40,123 nt of DNA from Pseudolabrys sp. (GTDB taxonomy: Bacteria; Pseudomonadota; Alphaproteobacteria; Rhizobiales; Xanthobacteraceae), in NCBI GenBank assembly GCA_036398395.1, contig DASWPX010000114.1:1-40123 (forward strand), in the 5' to 3' direction. A model generated the notes under the pieces. That model worked only from the letters and a program-made list of their open reading frames with translations, was not told where the DNA came from and ran no database searches. Of this stretch, positions 1 through 8,446 are shown one piece after another. Position 1 is the stretch's first letter. Every line of letters begins with the position of its first letter. The position numbers were made by a program, and so were the translations under genes.

Positions 1-78
1 GAGGCGCAGTTCGCGGTCAAGGAAGCCGAGTTGACCGACGCGGTCCGCAAGCTGCTCGCGCGCCACAAACTCGCTTAA
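1..78 (+). CDS. hisS: 3' end of probable histidine--tRNA ligase (partial)
   Basis: Frame 1 reads EAQFAVKEAELTDAVRKLLARHKLA*, which resembles rhizobial HisS C-termini as I recall them; hisZ-hisG lie 2.7 kb downstream, the usual rhizobial neighbourhood. Confidence 0.6.
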   Translation, partial: EAQFAVKEAELTDAVRKLLARHKLA

Positions 79-98
79 CCATCCAGCCGGCCGGCGCT

Positions 99-124
99 GG
101 AACTAAGGCTGCCCCTCGCGCATT
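99..124 (+). promoter_or_regulatory. candidate EcfG/RpoE2 general-stress promoter
   Basis: GGAAC-N17-CATT versus the consensus GGAAC-N16/17-CGTT, upstream of the transglutaminase gene. Confidence 0.4.
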
Positions 125-366
125 CACTAGGCGCAACCCAAACCGGGGAAAGGGTCGCGTCGTGGCAGCGCGTTGGTGCTATCCAGTTCCTATCACATTG
201 CAGCGTCACACCGGCAGGCGATTTGCCCCGGTGCTCGCTAAAACGCCGCCCGAGCGGGCAACCTCGCTGCAAACCGACGCGAATAGCGGTGAATCGGCCC
301 CTTCGCAGCCTTGCCAAGGCGAGGACGGCACCCAAGATTAAGGCTGCCTTTAGCCCACGGAAATAC

Positions 367-1440
367 ATGAAATATCTCACGGTCCGCCACGCGACCCACT
401 ATCGCTACGCTCAGCCGGTCACGCTCGGAACGCATCGCCTGATGCTGCGTCCGCGCGACAGCCATGACCTGCGTCTGGTGGATGCCGAATTGACGTTGTC
501 GCCGCCCGGCGAAACGCGCTGGATGCATGACGTGTTCGGCAATTCGGTCGCGGAGGTCGAATTCGAGCAGTCGGCGACCGAGCTGCTGATCGTGAGCACG
601 CTGCATCTGGAGCATTACGGGCTGACCCGGCCGGTATTTCCGATCGCGCCCGATGCGCAGGTCTATCCCTTCGTCTATTCGGCCGACGACCGCGCCGACC
701 TCGGCCGTCTGCTCGACCGCCATTATCCCGATCCCAATGGGCTGGTGGATGCCTGGGCCAAGCGCTTCGTCAAGGGCCGCTTCATGTCGACATACAATCT
801 GCTGTCGAACATCAACGGCGCCATCAAAAGCGAGTTCGCCTACAACGCGCGCTACGAGGAAGGCACGCAGACGCCGATCGAAACCCTGGAACGAGGCAGC
901 GGCACCTGCCGCGACTTCGCGCTGCTGTTCATCGAGGCGGTGCGCTGCCTCGGCTTCGGCGCGCGCTTTGTCACCGGCTATCTGTATGATCCCGCGCTCG
1001 ATGGCGCCGACGGCGCGATGCAGGGCTCGGGCGCGACACATGCCTGGGCGGATGTTTATCTGCCCGGCGCCGGCTGGGTGGAATATGACCCGACCAACGG
1101 CTTGATCGCCGGCGACAATCTGATCCGTATCGCTGTGACGCGCGATCCGTCGCAGGCGATCCCGATCGGCGGCACATTCGAAGGCCGGCCCGGCGAATTT
1201 CTTGGCATGTCGGTCGAGGTCACGGTGCATGCCGGCATGACGCCGCACAGCAGCATGTCGCCGGCGGAATCGGTGCAGGCGTCGCCACCGATAGCGGCGC
1301 CGGCGGGCCAGGCGGTTGAGACCACGCAGCAACCCGCGCCGGTCAGCCAGGCTGAAATGTCGCCGCAACAGATGCAGAGTCAAAACGCGCAGTTGACCGC
1401 GACGGTTCAGCCGATGCAAAACGCAGAGCCTGCGGCGTAG
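367..1440 (+). CDS. transglutaminase-like family protein (Bact_transglu_N + Transglut_core) with Gln-rich tail
   Basis: N-terminal LTVRHATHYRY...LMLRPR; catalytic-triad motifs GTCRDFA, ATHAW, EYDPTN; ATG at 367 preferred over 223. Confidence 0.9.
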   Translation: MKYLTVRHATHYRYAQPVTLGTHRLMLRPRDSHDLRLVDAELTLSPPGETRWMHDVFGNSVAEVEFEQSATELLIVSTLHLEHYGLTRPVFPIAPDAQVYPFVYSADDRADLGRLLDRHYPDPNGLVDAWAKRFVKGRFMSTYNLLSNINGAIKSEFAYNARYEEGTQTPIETLERGSGTCRDFALLFIEAVRCLGFGARFVTGYLYDPALDGADGAMQGSGATHAWADVYLPGAGWVEYDPTNGLIAGDNLIRIAVTRDPSQAIPIGGTFEGRPGEFLGMSVEVTVHAGMTPHSSMSPAESVQASPPIAAPAGQAVETTQQPAPVSQAEMSPQQMQSQNAQLTATVQPMQNAEPAA

Positions 1441-1445
1441 CACTC

Positions 1446-1979
1446 CTACGGCTGCTTCAGTCCGCCGCCCATTTTCGGCATATCGAGCACGTTCATCTTC
1501 ATACCGTTGCTCATGACGATGTCGCCGGCGCGTTGACCCTGGGTGCAGGGGCCGAGCCAGGTTGCCTGGATCGTCATATGGGTCGGAGCGCCCGGCGCCT
1601 GCCCCGGCAACGGACTGCCGCCCTCGCGCGTCGATGTTACATTCACCGTATAGGCGCTTTCGAAATTGCCGTTGACGACCGCGTGCGATGTCGTGGTCGC
1701 GTCGCCAAACTTGCAGACCGAGTCCACGATAATTGTGCCGGCGGCTTTTGTGACCTCCTGCTTCGCGCAGGCCTGGTTGGCGGGTCCGCCGAAATTGGCG
1801 TTCATCAATTTGTCGGTCGCGGCATCGACGCAATGCTTCATGGCGAACGATGACATATCGCGGCCTTCGAGACTCATTTTGAGTTCCCAGAGGCCGGGCT
1901 TGCGCGCCGGCATGTCCAGCGCGAAGGCGGGCGCGGCGGATAACAGCGCGATGACAGTCAAGATCAGACGGCGATGCAT
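1446..1979 (-). CDS. DUF3617 family secreted protein
   Basis: Signal peptide AFA, RKPGLWE motif, conserved Cys spacing, WLGPC. Confidence 0.8.
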   Translation of the reverse strand: MHRRLILTVIALLSAAPAFALDMPARKPGLWELKMSLEGRDMSSFAMKHCVDAATDKLMNANFGGPANQACAKQEVTKAAGTIIVDSVCKFGDATTTSHAVVNGNFESAYTVNVTSTREGGSPLPGQAPGAPTHMTIQATWLGPCTQGQRAGDIVMSNGMKMNVLDMPKMGGGLKQP

Positions 1980-2058
1980 GAGACGATCTCCAGGCGTCGA
2001 AATTCGCCCGGTTTATTGAAATTGCAAAATCAATTCGGCGTCATCGCCGGCGCGAAAC

Positions 2059-2523
2059 CTAAACCGCGACCAGATCGCCGTGGTCCCCATGTTTCCCGGC
2101 ATGCACGGCGAGCGGATGGCCGAGTACCTGCTCGACCGCATCGAAGCTGTCGATCAATGAAAGGTTTTCGATCAACTTTCCGTCGCGGAAGCGCATGAAA
2201 TTGGCAACCCTGAAACTGATCACCCGGCCATCGGTGGCACGTTTGCCAGCCTGGCGATGCAGCATCGCCGCTTGATCGCCATCGATCAAAATCGATTCTG
2301 GCACAAAGCTGAAAACGCGAAGCACGCGCGGCACCAGGTTTTCGATCAGATCCAGGACCTTGGCCTTGCCGCGATGGGTGCCGCAGAAGCCCAGGACATC
2401 GACCGGACCGCTGACCGTCCACGTGACGTCGTCGTGGAGAAATGGCGCGACCTTTTTGGCATCGCGTACGGCATAGGCCTTGTAAAAACCGTCAAACACG
2501 GAGCGCGGCACGGCATCGGTCAT
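2059..2523 (-). CDS. NTF2/SnoaL-like family protein
   Basis: FYKAYAVRD, LHDDVTW, GTHRGK, FMRFRDGKL; GGGAG RBS before ATG 2523. Confidence 0.85.
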   Translation of the reverse strand: MTDAVPRSVFDGFYKAYAVRDAKKVAPFLHDDVTWTVSGPVDVLGFCGTHRGKAKVLDLIENLVPRVLRVFSFVPESILIDGDQAAMLHRQAGKRATDGRVISFRVANFMRFRDGKLIENLSLIDSFDAVEQVLGHPLAVHAGKHGDHGDLVAV

Positions 2524-2784
2524 GGCAAAGCTCCCCAGCGGCATATCAGTCAACGCCGGTTTTGTTTAAAATTCATTAGCCACGAATTCTTATTGTCTAT
2601 AACCAGACCTCATGGCGTCCTTCGGAGGCGCCGCGGCCCGGCACCCGTAAAATTTGTTAACGACGCCAGGCATTTGGCATGCTGGCCCATTAAGCCCAAG
2701 AACCGATCTTCGTCGAATCCTTAAAGCTGCCGTGCTAAAGGGCCGCCATAACCCGCGTTTAATGTGATTTGCCGGATCGAAGCG

Positions 2785-3939
2785 ATGGACGCCAGCGTAC
2801 CAATGCGGACGAAAATGCCCGACGCGCGGGCGGAGTCGCTGGTCGCCTCCTATGAGCGCGCCGGCTATGTCCGCGTCGCGCCCGCGATCCTTCAGCCGGC
2901 GGAGCCGTTCCTCGACCTGTCGGGCGAGGACATCCGCAAGCGGATGTATCTCACGACGGCGCCGGGCGGAGGCGAATTCTGTCTGCGTCCGGATCTGACG
3001 ATCCCGGTATCGCGGGATTATCTGGCCTCAAGCACTGCCGGTAACGCCGCCGGTTATTGCTATCTCGGTCCGGTATTCCGTCATCGTTCGGATCAACCGG
3101 CCGAATTCCTGCAGGCCGGCATCGAGTCCTTTGGGCGCGCCGATAAGTCCGCGGCCGACGCCGAAATGCTGACCCTCGGTCATGAAGCCACCGCGAGCTT
3201 CGGTCTGGCCACGCCCGACATCCGCGCCGGCGACGTCGCGCTGTTTGCAGCCCTGGTCGCAGGCCTCGAACTGCCGCCGGCCTGGAAGCGGCGGCTGATC
3301 AAGGACTTCAACCGCAAAACCAACCTGGCGCAGGACCTCGACCGTCTGGTGCTCGGCGGCAATAATGCGCGGCCGGAATATCAGGGCGTGCTGGCGGCGC
3401 TCGCCGGGTCCGACCCGAAGGGCGCGCACGCGCTGGTCACCGACCTGTTGTCGATCGCCGGCATCAACGCGGTGGGCGGCCGGTCGGTCGCCGAGATCGC
3501 CGAGCGTTTCCTCGAACAGTCCGCACTCGGCGCCAGCGCGAAACTGCCGCGCGAGGTGCGCGGGCTGATCGAACGCTTCCTCGCCATTCAGGGCGACCCG
3601 GATGAAGCCGCCATCGAACTGCGCGCGCTGGCCGCCGAAGCCGGCATGCTGAACGTGCTGACGCCGGCGCTCGATCTGTTCGAAAGCCGCAACGGATTCC
3701 TCGCCGCGCGCGGCTTCGACCTCAAGCGCGTGCGATTCTCGACGAGCTTCGGCCGCGGCTTCGACTATTACACGGGCTTCGTGTTTGAACTGACCGATCC
3801 GAACCGCACCGGCGATCCGCTGGTGGCGGGCGGACGCTATGACGGATTGCTGGCGCGCCTCGGCAGCACCCAGGCGACGCCCGCAGTCGGCTTCGCGGTG
3901 TGGATCGAGCGGCTCGCGGCCTATGGGGGCGCAACATGA
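2785..3939 (+). CDS. hisZ: ATP phosphoribosyltransferase regulatory subunit
   Basis: [42 protein letters not shown]; ATGA overlap with hisG; start uncertain (2785/2803/2815). Confidence 0.95.
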   Translation: MDASVPMRTKMPDARAESLVASYERAGYVRVAPAILQPAEPFLDLSGEDIRKRMYLTTAPGGGEFCLRPDLTIPVSRDYLASSTAGNAAGYCYLGPVFRHRSDQPAEFLQAGIESFGRADKSAADAEMLTLGHEATASFGLATPDIRAGDVALFAALVAGLELPPAWKRRLIKDFNRKTNLAQDLDRLVLGGNNARPEYQGVLAALAGSDPKGAHALVTDLLSIAGINAVGGRSVAEIAERFLEQSALGASAKLPREVRGLIERFLAIQGDPDEAAIELRALAAEAGMLNVLTPALDLFESRNGFLAARGFDLKRVRFSTSFGRGFDYYTGFVFELTDPNRTGDPLVAGGRYDGLLARLGSTQATPAVGFAVWIERLAAYGGAT

Positions 3940-4865
3940 GTTCGCCTCTGGTGCTCGCGGTGCCGGCCAAGGGCCGGTTGCAGGAAAACGCCGAAGCCTT
4001 CTTTGCCCGTTCGGGCCTCAATCTGGTCAAGCCGCGCGGTGCGCGCGATTATCGCGGCGCCATCTCGGGCTTGGATGGCGTCGAGGTTGCCTATCTGTCG
4101 GCCGGCGAAATCACCGGCCAGCTCGCGGCAGGCGCGGTGCATATGGGCGTCACCGGCGAGGATCTGGTGCGCGAACTCATTCCGGACGCCGACAAGCGCG
4201 TGGTGCTGATCGAAGGGTTGGGCTTCGGCTTTGCCACCGTGGTGGTCGCCGTGCCGCAGGCCTGGATCGACGTGCGCACCATGGCCGACATCGACGACGT
4301 CGCCACCGCCTTCCGCCACCACCACGGCCGCAAGATGCGGGTGGCGACGAAATACGTGAACCTGACGCGCGATTTCTTTTCCGCGCAGGGCGTGATCGAT
4401 TACCGCATCGTCGAGAGTTCGGGCGCGACCGAAGGCGCGCCGGCCGCCGGCAGCGCCGAGATGATCGTCGACATCACCACCACCGGCGCCACGCTGGCCG
4501 CCAATGGGCTGAAGGTGATCGACGACGGCACCATTTTGCGCTCGCAAGCAAATCTTGTGGCGGCGCGCACCGCCGCCTGGGGCGCAAGCACGCGCGACAC
4601 CGCGCGCGTCATCCTCGACCGCATCGCCGCGCAGGCACGCGCCCGCGCCTTCCGCGAAGTGCGTGCCCGCTTTGCCAATTGCGATGCCGCACTGGTGGAA
4701 AGCGCCAAGCAAAAATTCGGCGTCGAAACGCCGTTCGGCGGGCCGACCTCGTCCGGCATGCTGACGCTGCACTGCACGCCGGCGCAGGTTTACGCGCTCT
4801 CCAGTTTCCTGCGCGAGAACGGCGCCGAAGCGGTGGCCGTTGCCGACCTCGATTACGTGTTCTAG
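3936..4865 (+). CDS. hisG: ATP phosphoribosyltransferase; TAG at 4863-4865 may be premature, with the frame continuing to TAA 4907
   Basis: [40 protein letters not shown]. Confidence 0.95.
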   Translation: MSSPLVLAVPAKGRLQENAEAFFARSGLNLVKPRGARDYRGAISGLDGVEVAYLSAGEITGQLAAGAVHMGVTGEDLVRELIPDADKRVVLIEGLGFGFATVVVAVPQAWIDVRTMADIDDVATAFRHHHGRKMRVATKYVNLTRDFFSAQGVIDYRIVESSGATEGAPAAGSAEMIVDITTTGATLAANGLKVIDDGTILRSQANLVAARTAAWGASTRDTARVILDRIAAQARARAFREVRARFANCDAALVESAKQKFGVETPFGGPTSSGMLTLHCTPAQVYALSSFLRENGAEAVAVADLDYVF

Positions 4866-4907
4866 CGCGACAATCCGCTCTATGCCAGGCTCGAGGCCGG
4901 GCTTTAA

Positions 4908-5105
4908 CGCGATCTAATCCGGCCCCTGACGCCGCTGTTGATGCAGCTGATGCCGAACTATGCGGCCAGCACGACAGATATCGGCCGCGCCATGATCGAG
5001 GTCACGCGCACCGGCGCACCTGTGCGGATATTGGAAAGCCGCGACATTGTCCGGGCGGCTAGGCGCGCTTTCGAAACACCACGAAATGCGACAGCGAAAA
5101 GTTGA
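4908..5105 (+). pseudogene. probable 3' remnant of an NAD(P)-binding epimerase/oxidoreductase gene
   Basis: RDLIRPLTPLLMQLMPNYAASTTDIGRAMIEVTRTGAPVRILESRDI resembles the C-terminus of that family; no 5' part or RBS. Confidence 0.5.
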
Positions 5106-5502
5106 CCACGAAGCTGACCAGGATCGAGACGAGCTTCGCCGCCAGCAATGGCAGCACGAAAGACAGCCCGAAAAGCGTGCCGGTCGAGCAGACCATGCCG
5201 GCGACCCCTGACGCAACGAAGGTGCCATAGTCGCGCCAGCGCAGCGTATGGCCGGATTCCGGACCGAAGGTGATGAATGTGTTCATGGTGTACGAGAACG
5301 ATACCGCCACCAGCCAGGCCAACACATTGGACGGCACCAGCGGCCAGTGCAGATAAGTCGCGGCGGTCCAGAATATGCTGAAATCGATCACCGTATTGAT
5401 GACGCCGACCAAGGCGAAACTGATCGCCTTGAGCGCGATGGCGCGCTCATGCCAGGCGACGGTCAGACGATCGAGGATGTCTTGCAGAGGCGCCGGGATC
5501 AT
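5059..5502 (-). CDS. GtrA family protein (putative lipid-linked sugar flippase)
   Basis: SFALVGVINTVIDF, SNVLAW, VNFSLSHFVVF; about 4 TM segments; start 5502 or 5517. Confidence 0.9.
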   Translation of the reverse strand: MIPAPLQDILDRLTVAWHERAIALKAISFALVGVINTVIDFSIFWTAATYLHWPLVPSNVLAWLVAVSFSYTMNTFITFGPESGHTLRWRDYGTFVASGVAGMVCSTGTLFGLSFVLPLLAAKLVSILVSFVVNFSLSHFVVFRKRA

Positions 5503-5590
5503 TGGACTTCTTAACATTTCGGGGCTGGCGACAGGCCAGCCCTTGTGCGGTATAAAACGCAAATAAACGCAAAGCGACAGGTTAAAGCGA

Positions 5591-6652
5591 ATGGCTGCGA
5601 AATCGACCAAATCGGGCGTCCGGGCGGTCCCCATGCGGGCCCTGCCCGGCCTGTCGATCGTGGTTCCGCTGTTCAATGAGGCCAAGGGCCTTGTGAGCCT
5701 GCACGAGCGTATCGCCGAAGCGGCGCGGTTTCTCAAGGCCAAACGGGGACTGAACGTCGAGGTCGTCTATGTGGACGACGGCAGCAGCGACGACACCAGC
5801 CGTCTCGCGCAGTCGCTGCCCGCCATAGCGGTCGATATCCAGGTGGTGACGCTGTCGCGCAATTTCGGCAAGGAGGCGGCGCTGCTTGCCGGTCTCGATC
5901 ATGCCCAGCTCGGCGCCATATTGTTCATGGATGGTGACGGCCAGCATTCGCCGAACCTGATCGAGACGCTGGTGTCGCGCTGGCTCGATGACGGTTATGA
6001 CGTGGTCTATACCGCCAAGGCACATCGCGAGAACGAGTCCTTCATGCGGCGCGTCGGCGTGAAGACATTTTACACGCTGCTCAACTGGCGCTCGCGCCAC
6101 AAAATTCCCGAGGACGCCGGCGACTTCCGCCTGCTGTCGCCGCGAGCGGCGGCGGCGCTGCGTCAGATGCCGGAACGCAACCGTTTCTTCAAGGGCCTGG
6201 CGAGCTGGATCGGCTTCAGGCAAATCCGCGTCGACTATGAGCCGGCCGAGCGCGAACATGGCGTCACCACCTGGAATGTGTGGACGCTGATCGGCCTGTC
6301 GATCGAAGGGCTGACATCGTTCTCGGTGGCGCCGCTGCGGGTCGCCAGCATGCTCGGCCTCTTGCTCGCGGCGACCGCGCTGTTCTTCGGCGGCTGGATC
6401 TTGCTCGAAACGTTGTTCTACGGACAGGACGTGCCGGGTTATCCCTCGCTGGTGGTCAGCGTGATGGTGATTGGCGGCGTGCAACTGATCATGATCGGCG
6501 TCCTAGGCGAATATGTCGGCAAGATGCTGTCCGAGATCAAAGCGCGCCCGGTCTATTTCGTCGCCGAGCACGCCGTGAAGCAGGCCGAGGAAAGCGCCAA
6601 GCCAGGCGCCAAGGAAAAGGCGCGCCCGGCTGTGCCGCGCGCGGCGGAGTAG
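5591..6652 (+). CDS. GT2 polyprenyl-phosphate glycosyltransferase (GtrB/ArnC-like)
   Basis: SIVVPLFNE, VDDGSSD, SRNFGKEAA, MDGDGQH, GDFRLL; two C-terminal TM helices. Confidence 0.93.
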   Translation: MAAKSTKSGVRAVPMRALPGLSIVVPLFNEAKGLVSLHERIAEAARFLKAKRGLNVEVVYVDDGSSDDTSRLAQSLPAIAVDIQVVTLSRNFGKEAALLAGLDHAQLGAILFMDGDGQHSPNLIETLVSRWLDDGYDVVYTAKAHRENESFMRRVGVKTFYTLLNWRSRHKIPEDAGDFRLLSPRAAAALRQMPERNRFFKGLASWIGFRQIRVDYEPAEREHGVTTWNVWTLIGLSIEGLTSFSVAPLRVASMLGLLLAATALFFGGWILLETLFYGQDVPGYPSLVVSVMVIGGVQLIMIGVLGEYVGKMLSEIKARPVYFVAEHAVKQAEESAKPGAKEKARPAVPRAAE

Positions 6653-6656
6653 GCCG

Positions 6657-7508
6657 TTGCCGGTCAAAGCGGCCGCGCGCCACATCTGGTTATGCGCCGA
6701 CGATTACGGCCTGTCGCTCGGCGTCAATACCGGCATCCGCGAACTGATCGCGCGCGGGCGGCTGAACGCCACCTCGGTCATGGTGGTGGCGCCGCATCTC
6801 GACGACGACGAAGCACCGGAACTCGAAGCGCTCAACAGCGGCAAGAAACGCGCCGCCATCGGCCTGCACGTGACGCTGACCGCGCCGTTCAAGCCGGTCT
6901 CCGAAGGCTTTGCGCCCTTGCGCAACGGCTGTTTCCTGCCTTTGGGCGAAATGCTGCGCGCGGCGGTGTCGCGCCGCTTGCGGCCGGACCTGCTGACGAT
7001 CGAAATCGCCAGTCAGATGCGCGCCTTCGTCGAAACGTTCGGGCACCTGCCAGACTTCCTCGACGGTCATCAGCATGTCCATTTGTTTCCGCAGGTGCGC
7101 GACGCATTCCTGAAAGTCGCGGCCGAGACGGCGCCCGATGCCTGGGTGCGGCAGTGCGGCCGGGCGAATTCGCTGTGGCGCCTGCACGACCGCAAGGCAT
7201 TGATGCTCGACGTCCTGAGCGTGCGGTTCCGCCGCAAGGCGGCGCGGCTTGGCGTCGTCACCAATCCGGCCTTTGCCGGCACCTACGCCTTCCGGTCCTC
7301 TGCCGATTTCACGAAAATCTTTCCGCGCTTTCTGAGCGGACTGCCGGACGGCGGGCTGATCATGTGTCATCCGGGACATGTCGACGCCGAATTGCAACGG
7401 CTCGACACGCTCACGCATCTGCGCGAGCGCGAATTGGCGTTCTTCAATTCCGATGAGTTTCCGCGAGTCCTCGCCGGGCACGGCGTGGCTTTGATCGAGC
7501 CGGATTAG
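6657..7508 (+). CDS. ChbG/HpnK/YdjC family carbohydrate deacetylase
   Basis: CADDYG, GLHVTLT, DGHQHVH, IMCHPG, RERE. Confidence 0.92.
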   Translation: MPVKAAARHIWLCADDYGLSLGVNTGIRELIARGRLNATSVMVVAPHLDDDEAPELEALNSGKKRAAIGLHVTLTAPFKPVSEGFAPLRNGCFLPLGEMLRAAVSRRLRPDLLTIEIASQMRAFVETFGHLPDFLDGHQHVHLFPQVRDAFLKVAAETAPDAWVRQCGRANSLWRLHDRKALMLDVLSVRFRRKAARLGVVTNPAFAGTYAFRSSADFTKIFPRFLSGLPDGGLIMCHPGHVDAELQRLDTLTHLRERELAFFNSDEFPRVLAGHGVALIEPD

Positions 7509-8233
7509 AGGACGATCACCTTGCTGCCGACCTTCACGCGTTCGTAGAGGTCGATGATATCGACGTTGCGCATGCGGATGCAGCCGGACGACACATTCTG
7601 CCCGATGGTCCAGGGCTCGTTCGAGCCGTGGATGCGATAGAGCGTCGAGCCGAGATACATCGCGCGCGCGCCGAGCGGGTTGTTCGGGCCGCCCGCCATG
7701 AAGTGCGGCAGGCCGGGCTGGCGCTGCAGCATCTCCGGCGGCGGCACCCAGTCCGGCCATTCCTTCTTGCTCGTCACCGTGTGGTTGCCCGACCATGTGA
7801 AGCCCGGCCGGCCGACGCCTATGCCGTAGCGCAAGGCCTTGCCGTCAGGCTCGACCAGATAGAGAAAATGCTGCGGCGTATCGATCACGATGGTGCCGGG
7901 CGCTTCCTTGCCGTCGTAGGCGACTTCCTGGCGCAGGAATTGCGGATCGATCGCGGTGCCGGGCGGCTCCAGCATGGGATCGACCGTGGGCTCGGTGTTG
8001 GCGTAGATCTGCGCGCCTTGCGACGCGTCCGGATAGATGCGCGGCGGCGGCGCGTATTGCCGCTGCGCGGAATCGCCGAACAGATATTCGATGAAGCCGC
8101 CGCCGAGATTGCCGCGGATTTCCGGCTGCGCCTGCACCACGACCATCGGCGGCGTCGACGGCAGGTATTGCGCGCAAGCCCCGCCGCTCGCGAACGCACT
8201 TGCCGCAACGATTGGAAAGAACAGACGCCGCAT
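7505..8233 (-). CDS. L,D-transpeptidase (YkuD/ErfK)
   Basis: YGIGVGR, WPDWVPP, NPLGARAMY, YRIHGSN, VSSGCIRM; signal peptide. Confidence 0.95.
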   Translation of the reverse strand: MRRLFFPIVAASAFASGGACAQYLPSTPPMVVVQAQPEIRGNLGGGFIEYLFGDSAQRQYAPPPRIYPDASQGAQIYANTEPTVDPMLEPPGTAIDPQFLRQEVAYDGKEAPGTIVIDTPQHFLYLVEPDGKALRYGIGVGRPGFTWSGNHTVTSKKEWPDWVPPPEMLQRQPGLPHFMAGGPNNPLGARAMYLGSTLYRIHGSNEPWTIGQNVSSGCIRMRNVDIIDLYERVKVGSKVIVL

Positions 8234-8328
8234 GCGCGCAGTACAGATGGAAACCAACACCGATTGGTAAACCACGGCGCCGTACCGGCGATATTGGAGC
8301 GTCTGCACCCGCATCTCGTCGTGTCACG

Positions 8329-8364
8329 GTTAATTTCCCCTAAAATGCGGCGCATCATGGTTAA
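8329..8364 (-). promoter_or_regulatory. CtrA-like sites in the ldt/cheZ divergent region
   Basis: Minus strand TTTA-N7-TTAAC (8329-8344) and half-site TTAACCAT (8357-8364). Confidence 0.45.
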
Positions 8365-8446
8365 CAGGTTATGTCGTTGAATGACGCAACGCAGCGTTAA
8401 TGGCCTTTGAGCTAAAACAACAGGACCGGGATGTGAGGGACGTCGC

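Noticed and set aside
2560-2765. CtrA boxes in the SnoaL/hisZ intergenic region
   Set aside because: Several TTAA cores, but spacing is N6 or the half-sites are degenerate; explained by AT-rich promoter DNA
4863-4865. Genome-wide TAG reassignment or pyrrolysine
   Set aside because: groEL, glcD, cycA and others end at TAG at their expected C-termini; no pyl genes or suppressor tRNA in the window
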